From Leptospira sp. (GTDB taxonomy: Bacteria > Spirochaetota > Leptospiria > Leptospirales > Leptospiraceae): DNA of 64,000 nucleotides. Of this stretch, positions 61,560 to 64,000 are shown piece by piece; the first letter of the stretch is position 1; each line of letters starts with the position of its first letter. The position numbers were made by a program, and so were the translations under genes. The stretch is from the NCBI GenBank assembly GCA_034439575.1, contig JAWXAQ010000033.1, forward strand, positions 96,001-160,000, written 5' to 3'. The notes beneath the pieces were generated by a model. It saw nothing but the letters and a program-made list of their open reading frames with translations. It ran no database searches and was not told the origin of the DNA.

Positions 61560-64000
61560 TTGGCTGGAATTTTAGGCGAATACACAGAAGTCTTCTTGGA
61601 AGAATCAGAAGATCAAATTGAAGAACTTAATGCCAACTTACTTAGGTTAGAAAAGGATCATGACAATCCTGAAATTATAAACGACATTTTTCGAGCCGCA
61701 CATTCTTTAAAAAGTTCATCTGCCTTTGTCGGTTTATATAATTTATCCGACCTTTCGCATAAAATGGAAAACCTTCTACAAAAAATCCGAGAAGGTTCGC
61801 TAGAAATTAATGTAACATTAGTTAATTTATTATTTGAATGTTTTGATTTAATCAAAACCGTTATTGAAGGTGTGGCTCATGGGCAAAAGGTAGAAACACC
61901 TTTTAGTGATATGATCCAAAAACTTCACGATTATGAAGTTGATCATCAAGGCGGGGCAAATTCAAAAACTACCGCCAATGCAAATGGAAATCCATCCGCA
62001 AAAAAAGACTCAGCCAGTTTAGAAAGTTCCAATATAAAAAATACCGAATTTACGTTAAGTGATGAAGAGTGGGTTGAAGTAAAAACTCATTTGGCTGAGC
62101 TTTCAAATTCAAAATTATACCAAGTAGAACTGAGCCTTAAAGCAGACACTCCGATGCAAAATCTGCGACTGATGTTGATTTTGCAAGCTGTGAAACAATC
62201 TGGAGTCGTTTTTAAATCTACACCTTCTGAAGAAGCATTGGATGAGGGTAAGGGTGGCACGTCCCTTTCTTTTCTGACGATTACCAATGAAGAAGAATCC
62301 GACCTACATTCACAATGTAACATAGATATGGTGGAAAGTCTTAGCATCACTCATATCGTTCCACCTGTTTCAGAAATGGATGCACTCGATGAACCAAAAA
62401 TAGAAGAGACTCCTAAAAAAGCATTGGGCACAGCATCTGAGTCAAACAAACCTCAAACGGGAAATAACTTTGATAAGGCGGTTTCTGATTCTAAAGTGAT
62501 TATGCGAACCATCAAAGTTTCTTCTGATAAGTTAGATGAATTGATGAACAATGTTGGTGAACTCGTAATTACAAATTCAGGTTTTCAAAAAATATATGAC
62601 GATTTAGTTTCTCAGTTTGGTGAAGATTCTCTTTTTAATGAACTGAAAGGAAAAATTGATCAAATCAATAGAATTTCCAAAGACTTACAAACGGGAATCA
62701 TGAACATACGCATGGTTCCAATCGGATCAGTCTTTAATAGATTTACACGCCTTGTCAGAGATCTTTCCCTCGAAACCGGAAAACAAGTGAACTTAGTGTT
62801 ACGCGGTGAAAACACAGAACTAGATAAGAAAGTGATAGATGCAATTGGTGAACCTTTAATTCATTTGATCCGAAATTCAGTTGATCATGGAATCGAAGGG
62901 CCTAGCGAACGTAAGGCGGCCGGGAAAAGTGAAGAAGGTATTGTCGAGCTAAATGCATACCAAGGTGGTTCAAATATCATGGTGGAAATCCGTGATGATG
63001 GACGAGGATTAAATAAAAGTAAAATCCTAAAAAAAGCCATCGAACGTGGCTTAGTGACAGAAACCGATGCTTTAAATTTAAGCGAATCAGATATTTATAA
63101 TTTTATTTTTGCACCTGGATTTTCCACAGCGGATAAAATTTCCGACATCTCAGGAAGAGGTGTCGGGATGAATGTTGTCAACAAACTCATTGAAGAGTTT
63201 AAAGGAAAAATTCTGATTCAATCAGAAGACGGTAAAGGTTCTTCTTTCACACTTTCCTTTCCACAGGCATTAGCCATTATACCATCCATACTTGTTACCA
63301 TGGAAGAGGAAGTATATGCATTCCCACTCTCAGAAGTATCTGAAACGATCAAGGTGAATGTAGATCAAATCACAACTCTAGAAGGGCATGAAATTATAAA
63401 CCTACGTGGTGAAGTATTACCAATTTACCGTCTCAATCGTATTCTTGGCTTAGCCGACAAATCAGAAATCGAAGAAGTACCTGTAATCATAGTAAATTAT
63501 AAATCACGAAAGCTCGGATTTATCGTAGATGACTTGATTGGAAAACATGAAACGGTTATTAAATCGCTCGGTAAAAATTTCAAAGATGTACAGGGTTTAA
63601 CTGGCGCTACGATAATGGGTGATGGTACCATTATATTGGTATTGGACATCACTGGTTTAATTGAGATGGCAGCAGATAATTTGAGTTTTGCGGAAAACTC
63701 TATCACGGGTCAACAAATGAAGAGAACATCTTCGATCCGTTCTTTGGAAATGACAGATTCAGATTTGATTTTTAAGTCAACGCTTCCTACAAATGCATAC
63801 AATACGAAGTTACTTGAGATTCGTTCCAAAGAAAAAACTAAATTAAAGAAAGATCGAAATAAAATTGAACACCATGTGATTGTCCCGAAAGAAGAGGTAT
63901 TCGTAGAGGAAGTTACATCTAACTTAAAAATGAATTCCGATATTGTGTCCGCAACGAATGGGAATGGTCATTCTTATGATACTTCTTCGATAATTGAAGT
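61560..64000 (+). CDS. cheA: Chemotaxis histidine kinase CheA (runs off the window; missing from the ORF track)
   Basis: Translated by hand from TTG 61560: MAGILGEYTEVFLEE, IFRAAHSLKSS (HPt), HLIRNSVDHG, DDGRG, FAPGFST, SGRGVGM, P5 domain. Confidence 0.95.
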   Translation, partial: MAGILGEYTEVFLEESEDQIEELNANLLRLEKDHDNPEIINDIFRAAHSLKSSSAFVGLYNLSDLSHKMENLLQKIREGSLEINVTLVNLLFECFDLIKTVIEGVAHGQKVETPFSDMIQKLHDYEVDHQGGANSKTTANANGNPSAKKDSASLESSNIKNTEFTLSDEEWVEVKTHLAELSNSKLYQVELSLKADTPMQNLRLMLILQAVKQSGVVFKSTPSEEALDEGKGGTSLSFLTITNEEESDLHSQCNIDMVESLSITHIVPPVSEMDALDEPKIEETPKKALGTASESNKPQTGNNFDKAVSDSKVIMRTIKVSSDKLDELMNNVGELVITNSGFQKIYDDLVSQFGEDSLFNELKGKIDQINRISKDLQTGIMNIRMVPIGSVFNRFTRLVRDLSLETGKQVNLVLRGENTELDKKVIDAIGEPLIHLIRNSVDHGIEGPSERKAAGKSEEGIVELNAYQGGSNIMVEIRDDGRGLNKSKILKKAIERGLVTETDALNLSESDIYNFIFAPGFSTADKISDISGRGVGMNVVNKLIEEFKGKILIQSEDGKGSSFTLSFPQALAIIPSILVTMEEEVYAFPLSEVSETIKVNVDQITTLEGHEIINLRGEVLPIYRLNRILGLADKSEIEEVPVIIVNYKSRKLGFIVDDLIGKHETVIKSLGKNFKDVQGLTGATIMGDGTIILVLDITGLIEMAADNLSFAENSITGQQMKRTSSIRSLEMTDSDLIFKSTLPTNAYNTKLLEIRSKEKTKLKKDRNKIEHHVIVPKEEVFVEEVTSNLKMNSDIVSATNGNGHSYDTSSIIE

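Noticed and set aside
61658-63706. Minus-strand ORFs 61658..61855, 62087..62350 and 63497..63706
   Set aside because: They are antisense shadows of cheA.

Overview
AT-rich bacterial chromosomal DNA, almost certainly from Leptospira (inferred from spirochaetal lipoprotein signals, CheA beginning MAGILGEY, and the thrS-infC-rpmI-rplT-zapB-zapA-fau-cheW-cheA order). I found no rRNA, tRNA, CRISPR array, IS element or prophage. Main blocks: a cyclase/GH5/O-antigen-ligase operon; a Cys-less PerR-like regulator divergent from ankyrin-katE; LPS/envelope genes; an ECF sigma/NrsF pair; a decayed surface-protein gene; argF, PilZ, cytochrome c peroxidase and pyrE; an ABC transporter; a six-gene hydrogenase-4-like (Ehr) membrane complex followed by a receiver-adenylate cyclase; a photolyase-clpS-alkD operon; sigma54-driven amtB-glnK; an MCP; and the thrS...cheA core cluster. 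Most notable: a small secreted leader ORF (31050-31385) ends in the ribosome-arrest motif RGPP, and its stop region can pair with the Shine-Dalgarno of the Ehr operon. That operon's large subunit lacks NiFe ligands and its NuoB-like domain lacks all four Fe-S cysteines. Together these suggest an arrest-peptide-controlled, cofactor-stripped complex-I-like ion pump possibly coupled to cAMP signalling. All family calls come from motif recognition by eye, not database searches.
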